From Nitrospira japonica (lineage in GTDB: Bacteria > Nitrospirota > Thermodesulfovibrionia > Thermodesulfovibrionales > SM23-35), in NCBI GenBank assembly GCA_020725385.1, contig DYFC01000016.1, positions 1 through 49,292 of the forward strand: a stretch of DNA of 49,292 bases, in the 5' to 3' direction. Under the pieces are notes generated by a model. The model had not been told where the DNA came from, made no database searches, and was given only the letters and a program-made list of their open reading frames with translations. Below, piece after piece: positions 1 through 9,539 of this stretch (positions within the stretch are counted from its first letter, which is position 1; the number at the start of each line of letters is the position of its first letter). The position numbers and the translations under genes were made by a program.

Positions 1-235
1 AATTTATTTTTCGATACCTTAGTGTACGTTTAAAGATGATTTGCCATGAACTTTTTTATGTATAACCAAAAAATATCTTTTGATATAAAAATCATCGAGT
101 TAAATAAATTTTTGAGCAATGTCTGCATTTTTTGGGTTAAAATTTATACCGGGCTATAACTTATTTTATGTTAGAATATTTTCATTTAGAAACAAAACAA
201 TATTTTAGCTTATTTCATTATTTAAACTTATTAAA

Positions 236-1957
236 ATGAACATAGAAACTAACAAACAAAATATTTCACAAAATAATAAGACTGAAACCAATGAGCCCCG
301 TGATTTTATTCGGGCAATCATAGATGCAGACATAAAATCAGGCAAGTATGAATCCCGTGTCCACACCCGTTTTCCGCCTGAGCCTAATGGTTATCTTCAT
401 ATAGGACATGCAAAATCTATCTGTCTAAATTTTGGAATAGCCCGGGAATATAATGGTTTATGCAATCTCCGTTTTGATGATACGAATCCCTCGAAAGAAG
501 ATATTGAATACGTAAATTCCATAAAAGAAGACGTAAAATGGCTTGGATTTGATTGGGGAGATAGAGAGTTCTATGCTTCTGACTATTTCGATCAGCTTTA
601 TGAATATGCAGTACAACTTATAAAAAAAGGTAAGGCATATGTATGTGATTTAAGTCCTGAAGAGATAAGAGAATATAGAGGAACGCTAACTGAACCGGGT
701 AAAGAAAGTCCTTATCGCAATCGTTCTGTAGAAGAAAACCTTAATCTTTTTGAACGCATGAAAAAAGGTGAATTCCCGGAAGGCTCAAGAACCCTTCGCG
801 CCAGGATAGACATGTCTTCTGGAAATATAAATATGAGAGACCCTGTGATTTATCGCATATTATATGCAGAGCATCACAGAACAGGTAATAAATGGTGCAT
901 TTATCCAATGTATGATTTTGCACATTGTTTTTCGGATTCTATCGAAAGAATAACTCATTCAATATGCACTCTTGAGTTTGAAGACCACAGGCCATTATAC
1001 GACTGGTTTTTAAATGAGCTTGATGTATATCATCCGCAACAGATAGAATTTGCAAGGCTGAATCTTAGCCATACTGTCTTAAGTAAACGCAAATTGATTC
1101 AATTAGTATCAGAGGGTTTTGTAAAAGGATGGGATGATCCAAGAATGCCTACAATTTCAGGATTAAGAAGAAGGGGATATACACCTGAAGCAATTCGGAA
1201 TTTTTGTAACAGAATAGGAGTTGCGAAACGAGACAGCACTGTAGAAATAGGATTGCTCGAGCATTGTATTCGAGAAGATTTGAATAAAAGAGCGCTCCGT
1301 GTAATGGCTGTATTGAACCCATTGAAAATTGTAATAGAAAATTATGAAGAAGGTTTAACAGAAGAACTCGAGGCTATTAATAACCCGGAAGATATATCAA
1401 TGGGCACAAGGAAAGTTCCATTTTCACGCACAATTTTCATAGAAAGAGAAGATTTCATGGAAAATCCTCCCAAACAGTTTTACAGACTTGCACCCGGACG
1501 TGAAGTTAGACTTCGTTATGCATATTTCATAAAATGCATTGATGTTATAAAAGACAGAACAGGTGAAATAAAAGAGCTTAGGTGTACATATGATCCTTCA
1601 ACACGTGGAGGTGATGCACCTGATGGAAGAAAGGTTAAGGCAACATTACATTGGGTTTCAGCCGAACATTCGATAGAAGCTGAAGTAAGGCTTTATAATT
1701 CTTTATTTACCAAAGAAGACCCTGATGATGTTGAAGAAGGTAAAACATTTCTTGACTATATTAATCCAGAATCATTGACTGTTCTTAATTCATGTCGTGT
1801 TGAACCTTCGCTTTCAGGTGTTAAACCCGGCGGTATATATCAGTTTGAAAGACAGGGTTATTTTTGCGCAGACCCTGATTCTATAGCAGGCAGACCTGTT
1901 TTTAACAGGACTGTGACATTAAAAGACACATGGGCTAAGATTCAGAAAAAACTATAA
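236..1957 (+). CDS. glnS: Glutamine--tRNA ligase
   Basis: [15 protein letters not shown] (HIGH), LSKR (KMSKS equivalent), GWDDPRMPT and QFERQGYF motifs of GlnRS. Confidence 0.97.
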   Translation: MNIETNKQNISQNNKTETNEPRDFIRAIIDADIKSGKYESRVHTRFPPEPNGYLHIGHAKSICLNFGIAREYNGLCNLRFDDTNPSKEDIEYVNSIKEDVKWLGFDWGDREFYASDYFDQLYEYAVQLIKKGKAYVCDLSPEEIREYRGTLTEPGKESPYRNRSVEENLNLFERMKKGEFPEGSRTLRARIDMSSGNINMRDPVIYRILYAEHHRTGNKWCIYPMYDFAHCFSDSIERITHSICTLEFEDHRPLYDWFLNELDVYHPQQIEFARLNLSHTVLSKRKLIQLVSEGFVKGWDDPRMPTISGLRRRGYTPEAIRNFCNRIGVAKRDSTVEIGLLEHCIREDLNKRALRVMAVLNPLKIVIENYEEGLTEELEAINNPEDISMGTRKVPFSRTIFIEREDFMENPPKQFYRLAPGREVRLRYAYFIKCIDVIKDRTGEIKELRCTYDPSTRGGDAPDGRKVKATLHWVSAEHSIEAEVRLYNSLFTKEDPDDVEEGKTFLDYINPESLTVLNSCRVEPSLSGVKPGGIYQFERQGYFCADPDSIAGRPVFNRTVTLKDTWAKIQKKL

Positions 1958-1959
1958 AG

Positions 1960-2065
1960 GTTTACATAGTTTACAGGGTTTACATAGTTTGCACAGTTGA
2001 AATAAGTTGAAATTTTAAACTAAGTAAACTGTGTAAACCAAGTAAACTAAGTAAACTTGGTAAAC
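1960..2065. repeat. 9-bp-period mirror microrepeat (GTTTAC units then GTAAAC units)
   Basis: GTTTAC/GTTTGC at 1960, 1969, 1978, 1987; GTAAAC at 2024, 2033, 2042, 2051, 2060. Confidence 0.9.
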
Positions 2066-2087
2066 TGAGTCAAGAAAGGATAGGATT

Positions 2088-3083
2088 ATGAGTTACATTA
2101 CAGTAATTGGAGCTGGAAGCTGGGGAACCACTCTTGCCTGCCTTCTTGCAGATAAAAGTTATGATGTGACTCTCTGGGCATACGAGAAAGATATTGTTGA
2201 TGAAATAAATGAACAAAAAACAAATAAAACATACATGCCTGATGCAATAATTCCTGATAATTTAAAAGCTTCAAATAATTTAGGCGAAGCATTAAAAAAG
2301 GCTCGTTTTATTATAAATGCTGTGCCAGCACAATTTACACGTTCTGTATTTAAAGAAGTCGCTCCTTTATTGAATGGCGAGGCTGTGATAATAAGCGTAG
2401 CAAAAGGCATCGAGAGGGGCACTTTATTGACTGTTTCTTCTATACTTAATGAAATTACAGGACGTCCTGTTGCAGTTTTATCTGGACCGAGTTTTGCAAA
2501 AGAAGTTACAAAAAAACTTCCTACAGCAGTAACTCTTGCGATAAATAACATAAATCTCGGGTTGATTCTTCAGGAGATATTCAATACAAATTATTTCAGA
2601 GTATATACTCACAATGATGTTATAGGAACCGAAATTGGAGGTGCCTTAAAGAATGTAATGGCAATAGCATCCGGGATTTGTGAAAGTCTCGGACTTGGCA
2701 ATAATGCTAAAGCGACTTTAATTACAAGAGGCCTTGCTGAAATGACCCGGCTTGGTGTTGCAATGGGTGCTTCTGAAAGAACATTCTCCGGACTAAGCGG
2801 CATAGGTGATTTGGTTCTGACATGTACAAGTACTTTATCAAGAAATTATACTGTAGGTATGAAAATTGGACAGGGAATGAAATTGAAAGATATTTTAAGT
2901 CAAACAAAAAGTATAGCAGAAGGAGTACCAACAGCTGAGTCTGCTCATGAACTTTCTAAAAAATACGGGATTGAGATGCCAATTATTGAGCAGGTTTATA
3001 AAGTGCTCTATGAGGAAAAAGATCCATTGGAAGCAGTAAAAGAACTTATGGAGCGTTCTTTGAAATCTGAATTTTATAAATAA
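2088..3083 (+). CDS. gpsA: NAD(P)H-dependent glycerol-3-phosphate dehydrogenase
   Basis: GAGSWGT Rossmann motif, LSGPSFA, GGALKNV, GIGDLVLTC, SRN. Confidence 0.97.
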   Translation: MSYITVIGAGSWGTTLACLLADKSYDVTLWAYEKDIVDEINEQKTNKTYMPDAIIPDNLKASNNLGEALKKARFIINAVPAQFTRSVFKEVAPLLNGEAVIISVAKGIERGTLLTVSSILNEITGRPVAVLSGPSFAKEVTKKLPTAVTLAINNINLGLILQEIFNTNYFRVYTHNDVIGTEIGGALKNVMAIASGICESLGLGNNAKATLITRGLAEMTRLGVAMGASERTFSGLSGIGDLVLTCTSTLSRNYTVGMKIGQGMKLKDILSQTKSIAEGVPTAESAHELSKKYGIEMPIIEQVYKVLYEEKDPLEAVKELMERSLKSEFYK

Positions 3084-3820
3084 TGGATGAGCTAAGAATT
3101 AAAAGAATCCTTGAGAATATTAAAAACAACAAAATAACGATTGAAAAAGCTTTAGAATATCTAAAACACCTTCCATTTGAAGATCTTTCATTCGCTAAAG
3201 TTGATCATCATAGAAATATAAGACAGGGAATTCCTGAAGTAATTTTTGCTGAAGGTAAAAACCCTGACGAAGTTGTTGTGATAGCAAAATCCATCTATAA
3301 AAAAAATAAAAAGTTCTTAATTACAAGAGGTTCGGAAAAAATTTACAGCAGATTGAAAATTAAAGAAGCAATTTTTCATCCTGCTTCCAAAGCAATTTCT
3401 GCAGGAGGTGAAAAAGATAAAAAAGGATACATACTGATATTATCAGCAGGTACTTCTGATATTCCGGTAGCTGAAGAAGCTCTGGTAACAGCAGAATTTC
3501 TCGGCAATAAAGTCGAACATGTTTATGATGTTGGTGTTGCCGGAATTCATCGTCTTTTTCATATAAAAGAATCATTAAATTCTGCCCGTGCGATTATTGT
3601 TGTTGCCGGTATGGAAGGAGCTCTTCCTTCAGTTGTTGGTGGGCTAACGGACAAACCAATAATAGCTGTTCCTACTTCTGTAGGCTATGGCACAAATCTT
3701 GGTGGCTTAACTCCATTGTTTGCCATGCTCAATTCCTGTGTTCCTGGCATAGCTGTTATGAATATTGACAATGGCTTTGGCGCAGGATGCCTCGCACATA
3801 AGATAAATAAACCAAAATAA
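3083..3820 (+). CDS. larB: Nickel pincer cofactor biosynthesis protein LarB (AIR carboxylase-like)
   Basis: AGTSDIPVAEEA, DVGVAGIHR, AGMEGALPSV, VPTSVGYG, NIDNGFGA. Confidence 0.92.
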   Translation: MDELRIKRILENIKNNKITIEKALEYLKHLPFEDLSFAKVDHHRNIRQGIPEVIFAEGKNPDEVVVIAKSIYKKNKKFLITRGSEKIYSRLKIKEAIFHPASKAISAGGEKDKKGYILILSAGTSDIPVAEEALVTAEFLGNKVEHVYDVGVAGIHRLFHIKESLNSARAIIVVAGMEGALPSVVGGLTDKPIIAVPTSVGYGTNLGGLTPLFAMLNSCVPGIAVMNIDNGFGAGCLAHKINKPK

Positions 3821-3833
3821 TGCATTTTAAGGC

Positions 3834-3848
3834 TGACAAATTTTGTTA
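3834..3848. promoter_or_regulatory. Putative enhancer-binding-protein site (UAS) for the downstream sigma54 promoter
   Basis: Near-palindrome TGACAAA-T-TTTGTTA about 115 bp upstream of the -24/-12 element; weaker TGACA copy at 3857; IHF-like ATTCAAGCAGTTA on the minus strand at 3913-3925. Confidence 0.5.
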
Positions 3849-3961
3849 CCTAAAAATGACAGAAATAGCCTGTATTATTCTAATTTAATGTAACTTCTTA
3901 TAAATCTGCATATAACTGCTTGAATTAAAAGGATATTCAATACACAAGAAATATTATTCTA

Positions 3962-3977
3962 TGGCACGAAGCTTGCT
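3962..3977 (+). promoter_or_regulatory. Sigma54 (RpoN) -24/-12 promoter
   Basis: TGGCACGAAGCTTGCT matches TGGCAC-N5-TTGCW exactly, 28 bp before the ATG at 4006. Confidence 0.85.
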
Positions 3978-4005
3978 CTTTTTATCCTTAAGAAGGTAGA
4001 AATTT

Positions 4006-4434
4006 ATGGTTATAAAGGGGAAAGCGCATATAACAAACACTGCTTCTAAAATATTTTCCCTAACTGTTTTTATATTACTCGTTATAAATATTACTGAAGG
4101 ACAAACAATGAATAAAGCTTTAATCACAAAAGACGATAATAATAAAGAAATAACTATCAAATCCGGTGACCTGATTCAGATTGAGCTTGAAACATCCGGA
4201 GCCACTGGCTATACATGGCACATTAATAATTTAGACAGAGAATACTTAGATTTAATATCAGAAGGCATAAAAGAAAATACTGTGGAGGGGAAAGTTGGTG
4301 CTCCAATTGTTAGATACTGGCAATTAAAAGCTCTTAAAAAAGGCATTACCGAACTTCAAATGCTTTACTTTAGACCATGGGAGGGCGCTGGAAAGTCAGT
4401 GGAAAAATTCAGGATTAAATTGAATATAGAATAA
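4006..4434 (+). CDS. Protease inhibitor I42 (chagasin-like) family protein
   Basis: ATGYTW loop, GKVGAP loop and YFRPWE motif typical of chagasin/ICP; hydrophobic N-terminal segment; alternative start at 4108. Confidence 0.88.
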   Translation: MVIKGKAHITNTASKIFSLTVFILLVINITEGQTMNKALITKDDNNKEITIKSGDLIQIELETSGATGYTWHINNLDREYLDLISEGIKENTVEGKVGAPIVRYWQLKALKKGITELQMLYFRPWEGAGKSVEKFRIKLNIE

Positions 4435-4448
4435 AAAAGGGGGACAAA

Positions 4449-6590
4449 ATGTTTAAGCGTAAGTTTATAGTTTTGGTTACAGCCATAATAGCGTTTCTTT
4501 TCCTTGCCAATTCTTATGTAATTGCAGGGGATCTTTACAAAATACAATCAAAAATAAAATCCCAAAAAGCAGGCTGGGTTGCAGGGGAAACATCTATTTC
4601 AAAGCTGCCACTAAAGGACAGGCAGAAACGACTCGGACTTTATTTTCCAGAAAAAGCGCCTGACGATATGATGATAGCAGCCAATATATCATCACTAATT
4701 AAAACCCAGGTTGTAATTCCATCATCTCTTGACTGGCGAAATAATGGTGGCAATTTTGTTACACCTGTGAGAAATCAGGGCAATTGTGGAAGCTGCTGGG
4801 CATTTGCAACAGCAGGAGCCCTCGAATCAGCAACATTAATTGCAAGCAATACTCCAGGTCTTGACTTAAATCTTGCAGAGCAGATTCTTGTTTCATGTAG
4901 CGGTGCCGGTGATTGTGGTGGCGGATATATAGACTCTGCTTCAGACTTTATTCAATCTATAGGTCTTCCTCCTGAAACATGTTATCCTTATACTGCTACG
5001 AACGGTTATTGTGGAAGTGCATGTTTAAACTGGGAATTAAACACATTCAAAATAAATAACTGGCAATGGATTGCTACACTATATCCTACAGTTGAAACAC
5101 TTAAGGCTGCTCTTAACGCTTATGGCCCGCTTGTTACAACCATGAATGTATATTATGACTTTTATTATTACAAAAGTGGTATTTACAGATATGTTTCAGG
5201 TGGTTATCAAGGAGGGCATGGTATTCTGCTCGTCGGTTATGATGATGCAGGTCAATATTTTATTGCAAAAAATAGCTGGGGCACTGGTTGGGGTGAAGCA
5301 GGATTTTTTAAGATTGCTTATTCTGAAATCTCGAGTGTCGTAAATTTTGGAAGATGGACAATAGCATATACAGCTTTGCCAGATACCACTGAATCATCTA
5401 CAACTGTTGTTTCGCCAAACGGTGGAGAAACCCTATCCGCAGGCAGCTCAAAGACAATCACATGGATATATACCGGTGACCCCGGATATTTAAAGATTGA
5501 ACTTTTAAAAGGTTCTTCAGTAGTAAGTACCATAGCTTCTATGGCTAATAAAGGTGTTAATGGTTCTGGCTCGTATAATTGGACAATACCTGTTTCAATC
5601 ACCACAGGGTCCGATTATAGAATAAAAATAACAAGCAATTCAAATAGTTCTGTTAGTGATATAAGCGATGATTATTTTACAATCAATGGTCCATATGTAA
5701 AGATAACCTCACCCAATGGTGGTGAAACATGGACAGCAGGTTCTTATAAAACAATCACATGGACATATACAGGAGAGCCCGGGTATTTGAAGATTGAATT
5801 GCTTAAAGGAACTTCTGTTGTAAGCACAATCTCTTCATATGCATATAAGGGAAGCAGTGGTTCCGGTTCATATAACTGGACAGTTCCTTCCAATATAACT
5901 TCAGGAACTGACTATAAAATAAGAATTACAGGAACTTCAAATCCATCAATGACAGATATGAGTGATAATTGTTTTACTATTGTTGGGCCTTCTGTAACTA
6001 TAACCACACCCAATGGTGGTGAAACATGGACAGCAGGTTCTTATAAAACAATCACATGGACATATACCGGTGACCCAGGATATTTAAAGATTGAATTACT
6101 TAAAGGAACTTCTGTTGTAAGCACAATCTCTTCATATGCATATAAGGGAGGCAGTGGTTCTGGCTCATATAACTGGACAGTTCCTTCTAATCTTTCCTCT
6201 GGTTCTGACTATAAGATTAGGATAACAAGCACATCAAATGCAACAATTTCTGACACAAGTGATAATACTTTCTCAATAGCAGGACCTCCACCTCCTTCTG
6301 TTATAGTAACCTCGCCAAATGGCGGAGAGACATGGAAAATCTGGACATATAAATATATAACATGGAAATATACTGGTAATCCGGGTTATTTGAAGATCGA
6401 ACTTGTTAAAGGTAACACGGTTGTTAAAATTCTAAAAACATCTGTTTATGTTGGTTCAAACGGGACAGGTTCTTCATATATCTCAATGCCAAGTGTAACA
6501 CCGGGTTCGGATTATAAAATAAAAATAACAAGCACATCCAATGCATCAATAACAGATACAAGCGATAATTTCTTTACAATCACAAATTAA
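4449..6590 (+). CDS. Secreted papain-family (C1A) cysteine peptidase with four C-terminal Ser/Thr-rich Ig-like repeats
   Basis: Signal peptide; LDWR; QGNCGSCWAF (catalytic Cys), GGHGILLVGY (His), KNSWG (Asn); four ~99-aa SPNGGETW repeats. Confidence 0.93.
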   Translation: MFKRKFIVLVTAIIAFLFLANSYVIAGDLYKIQSKIKSQKAGWVAGETSISKLPLKDRQKRLGLYFPEKAPDDMMIAANISSLIKTQVVIPSSLDWRNNGGNFVTPVRNQGNCGSCWAFATAGALESATLIASNTPGLDLNLAEQILVSCSGAGDCGGGYIDSASDFIQSIGLPPETCYPYTATNGYCGSACLNWELNTFKINNWQWIATLYPTVETLKAALNAYGPLVTTMNVYYDFYYYKSGIYRYVSGGYQGGHGILLVGYDDAGQYFIAKNSWGTGWGEAGFFKIAYSEISSVVNFGRWTIAYTALPDTTESSTTVVSPNGGETLSAGSSKTITWIYTGDPGYLKIELLKGSSVVSTIASMANKGVNGSGSYNWTIPVSITTGSDYRIKITSNSNSSVSDISDDYFTINGPYVKITSPNGGETWTAGSYKTITWTYTGEPGYLKIELLKGTSVVSTISSYAYKGSSGSGSYNWTVPSNITSGTDYKIRITGTSNPSMTDMSDNCFTIVGPSVTITTPNGGETWTAGSYKTITWTYTGDPGYLKIELLKGTSVVSTISSYAYKGGSGSGSYNWTVPSNLSSGSDYKIRITSTSNATISDTSDNTFSIAGPPPPSVIVTSPNGGETWKIWTYKYITWKYTGNPGYLKIELVKGNTVVKILKTSVYVGSNGTGSSYISMPSVTPGSDYKIKITSTSNASITDTSDNFFTITN
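5400..6587 (+). repeat. Intragenic tandem domain repeats, about 297 bp period, 4 copies
   Basis: Near-identical DNA starting CACCCAATGGTGGTGAAACATGGACAGCAGG at 5710 and 6007; more diverged copies near 5410 and 6310. Confidence 0.9.
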
Positions 6591-6597
6591 GATTCAA

Positions 6598-6634
6598 GGA
6601 AGGAATTCAGGAAAGTTTTTACTGGGTTCCTTCC
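6598..6634 (+). terminator. Stem-loop after the peptidase gene, possible terminator or stabiliser
   Basis: GGAAGGAATTCAG pairs with CTGGGTTCCTTCC (with G-U pairs); no clear U-tract. Confidence 0.4.
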
Positions 6635-6808
6635 TCCCCCATAATATTAATTGTTTTTCAGTATATTAATAAGTTAGAATAGCATTAAAGTTTTAAGAAA
6701 CATTTCACTTGATTTTTCAAAAAACATTTTCGATACATAGAGTAAGCTCCCTATTTAAGGAAGGACACTTTTACTTTCTAATTTTGATAAAAAATAATTT
6801 TAGGTATC

Positions 6809-8284
6809 ATGACCCGTAAATACAAGTCCATTTTCGAAAAATTAATAGAAATCAATCCATGGCATTTTATATGGATTGTATTTGTTGCAGCACAAATCAT
6901 TACACTTTTTTCGAATATAGTACAAAGTATAATCAGATGGGGATACATATGGCCTGAACTTATACTCATTGGCATTGTTGATGCAGGAATAAATACCCTA
7001 ATTATTAGTCCCCTTGCAATTTATTTTTTGCGACATACTCACCGGATAGATGAAATAAATAAACATTTAGAAGCTGAAATTTCTGAAAGAAAAAAGGTTG
7101 AGGAAGCTCTAAGAAATTCCATTGAACAACTTAAGAAACTCGAGACACAATTAATACAGGCACAAAAACTTGAGGCAATTGGAACTCTTGCCGGAGGAAT
7201 TGCGCATGATTTTAATAACATACTCTCTGCTATTATGACATACTCAAATCTTATGTTAATGAAAATGCCGCAGGACTCAAATCTGAAAAGTTATCCCGAG
7301 AATATTTTAAAAGCAGGTGAAAAAGCTGCCAACCTTGTCAGGGATTTACTTGCTTTTAGCAGAAAACAAATATTAAATCCGGTTCCTTTGGATTTGAACC
7401 GGGTTATTAAAGGCTCTCAAAATCTTTTAAAACATTTATTAACAGAAAATATCAAATTCGAAATTATATTGTGTGACGAAAAACTCGTTGTTTTGGCAGA
7501 TGAAACACAATTAGAACAGGTTTTGATAAATCTAACTACAAATGCAAGAGATGCAATGCCAAATGGAGGCGTATTTACAATAAAAACTGAATCTGTGTAT
7601 CTGAACGATGATCTTATAGATGATTCCGGATTGGAGAAGGCGGGTGTATATGCACTGTTAACAGTTCAGGATACAGGACAGGGGATAGACGAATATATAA
7701 GAGATAGAATATTTGAGCCTTTTTTTACAACAAAAGAGGTTGGTAAGGGTACAGGATTAGGGTTGGCAACTGCTTACGGTATTGTAAAACAACATTCCGG
7801 AAATATTTTGTGTTCGAGCAGCGTAGGACAGGGCACTGAATTCAGAATCTATTTGCCACTCATTGAAAATATTCCTTTGCAGGAAAAGAAAGATATTGCT
7901 TTTGAATTCAAGACCGGTAATGAAACTATACTTTTGGCTGAAGATAATGATGCAGTAAGAGAATCTACAAAAGAGATACTTGAAACTGCTGGATACAGAG
8001 TTATAGAAGCCAAAGATGGTGATGAAGCAATATCAAAATTCATGCAAAATAACAGAGAAGATATAAAACTATTACTTTTCGATATAATAATGCCGCAAAA
8101 AAACGGTAGAAGTGCTTTTGAAATAATAAGACATTTCAAAGCAGATATAAAGGTTTTATTTATCAGCGGGCATACCAATGATATAATTCATAAAAAAGGT
8201 GTGCTTGAAAAAAACCTGCCTTTTATCGAAAAACCTTTCACTGCCGAAAGTCTGTTAAACAAAATAAGGGAAATACTTGATTAG
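6809..8284 (+). CDS. Membrane-anchored hybrid sensor histidine kinase (HisKA-HATPase-REC)
   Basis: Two N-terminal TM segments, GGIAHDFNN H-box, NARDAM, PFFTTK, GTGLGL, C-terminal receiver with LFDIIMP. Confidence 0.93.
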   Translation: MTRKYKSIFEKLIEINPWHFIWIVFVAAQIITLFSNIVQSIIRWGYIWPELILIGIVDAGINTLIISPLAIYFLRHTHRIDEINKHLEAEISERKKVEEALRNSIEQLKKLETQLIQAQKLEAIGTLAGGIAHDFNNILSAIMTYSNLMLMKMPQDSNLKSYPENILKAGEKAANLVRDLLAFSRKQILNPVPLDLNRVIKGSQNLLKHLLTENIKFEIILCDEKLVVLADETQLEQVLINLTTNARDAMPNGGVFTIKTESVYLNDDLIDDSGLEKAGVYALLTVQDTGQGIDEYIRDRIFEPFFTTKEVGKGTGLGLATAYGIVKQHSGNILCSSSVGQGTEFRIYLPLIENIPLQEKKDIAFEFKTGNETILLAEDNDAVRESTKEILETAGYRVIEAKDGDEAISKFMQNNREDIKLLLFDIIMPQKNGRSAFEIIRHFKADIKVLFISGHTNDIIHKKGVLEKNLPFIEKPFTAESLLNKIREILD

Positions 8285-8299
8285 TCTATAAAATGTCAT

Positions 8300-8329
8300 T
8301 TGACAATATGTTTAAGACTTATCTATACT
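8300..8329 (+). promoter_or_regulatory. Sigma70 promoter of the thi operon
   Basis: TTGACA (8300) - 18 bp - TATACT (8324), directly before the riboswitch. Confidence 0.7.
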
Positions 8330-8335
8330 GAAATT

Positions 8336-8430
8336 AACCCAGGGGGTGGCTAAAAGCCTGAGATTCTCCTGAATATCCAGGAGTGACCCCTTGAACCTGA
8401 TACGGATAATACCGGCGTAGGGAATGGGAT
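8336..8430 (+). ncRNA. TPP riboswitch (THI element)
   Basis: GGGG...CTGAGA...ACCC-TTGAACCTGATACGGATAATACCGGCGTAGGGAA consensus, upstream of thiamine genes. Confidence 0.96.
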
Positions 8431-8434
8431 TGTC

Positions 8435-8495
8435 AACCGTATTTTCCTTCGCCGGGAAATTAACAAATGGGTGAAGGGATACGGTTTTTGTTTTT
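8435..8495 (+). terminator. Riboswitch expression platform: intrinsic terminator hairpin
   Basis: AACCGTATTTTCCTTCGCC pairs with GGTGAAGGGATACGGTT, followed by a T-tract ending at the thiS ATG. Confidence 0.75.
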
Positions 8496-8696
8496 ATGAG
8501 ACTAATAGTAAATGGCGAACCTTATGAAACATTAAAAGCTGACACTATACAGAGCCTTTTAGATGAACTCGGTGTTTCTTCTGTTAAGGTTGCTGTAGAA
8601 GTAAATTTAAATATAATCAAAAAAGTTGATTATTCAAATTATAAACTCAAAGACGGTGATAGGATTGAGATTGTTAATTTTGTTGGAGGTGGATAA
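8496..8696 (+). CDS. thiS: Sulfur carrier protein ThiS
   Basis: 66 aa ubiquitin-like, ends IEIVNFVGGG. Confidence 0.96.
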   Translation: MRLIVNGEPYETLKADTIQSLLDELGVSSVKVAVEVNLNIIKKVDYSNYKLKDGDRIEIVNFVGGG

Positions 8697-8751
8697 AAAG
8701 TAAAAAGATTATAGTTTTTAGAAAACAAGTTCTTAAAAGGAGATAAAGAAT

Positions 8752-9525
8752 ATGAATGATAAGTTAATTATTAAAGGCATTGAATTTAAATCAAGACTCT
8801 GGGTGGGTACCGGGAAATATAAAGACTTTGAAGAAACAAGAAAAGCTGTCGAAGCTTCAGGAACTGATGTTGTTACTGTTGCTGTAAGAAGGGTAAATAT
8901 TACTGACAGAAAATCAGAAAATTTGCTTGATTATATAGATCCTAAGAAATACAAAATACTCCCAAACACTGCGGGCTGCTATACAGTTGAAGATGCATTA
9001 AGATATGCCCGGCTTGCAAGAGAAGCAGGTATTTCTGATTTAATAAAGCTTGAAGTAATAGGTGATGAAAAAACCCTATTCCCCGACACATGGGGATTAC
9101 TAAAAGCAACCGAAATTCTTGTCAAGGAAGGGTTTATTGTTCTTCCATATACAAATGATGATCCAATAATGGCAAAAAGACTTGAAGATGCAGGAGCTGC
9201 TGCTGTTATGCCTCTTGGTGCTCCAATTGGTTCGGGTCTTGGATTAAGAAATCCATACAATATTAAAATTATTCTTGAAACAGTCAAAGTACCGGTAATC
9301 GTAGATGCAGGAGTTGGCACAGCATCGGATGCAACAATTGCAATGGAACTTGGTTGTGATGCTGTTCTTATTAATACTGGGATTGCAGGAGCAAAAGATC
9401 CTATTTCTATGGCTGAAGCTATGAAACACGCTGTTATTGCCGGAAGGCTTGCTTTTAAGGCAGGTAGAATTCCTAAAAAATTATATGCAACAGCAAGCAG
9501 TCCTCTTGAGGGTATGCTTTTATAA
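8752..9525 (+). CDS. thiG: Thiazole synthase
   Basis: [36 protein letters not shown]. Confidence 0.97.
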   Translation: MNDKLIIKGIEFKSRLWVGTGKYKDFEETRKAVEASGTDVVTVAVRRVNITDRKSENLLDYIDPKKYKILPNTAGCYTVEDALRYARLAREAGISDLIKLEVIGDEKTLFPDTWGLLKATEILVKEGFIVLPYTNDDPIMAKRLEDAGAAAVMPLGAPIGSGLGLRNPYNIKIILETVKVPVIVDAGVGTASDATIAMELGCDAVLINTGIAGAKDPISMAEAMKHAVIAGRLAFKAGRIPKKLYATASSPLEGMLL

Positions 9526-9539
9526 GGAAGGATTATTCA

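Noticed and set aside
3083-3820. larB without larA/larC/larE as a novel pathway
   Set aside because: Dispersed lar genes are common; partners may lie elsewhere in the genome
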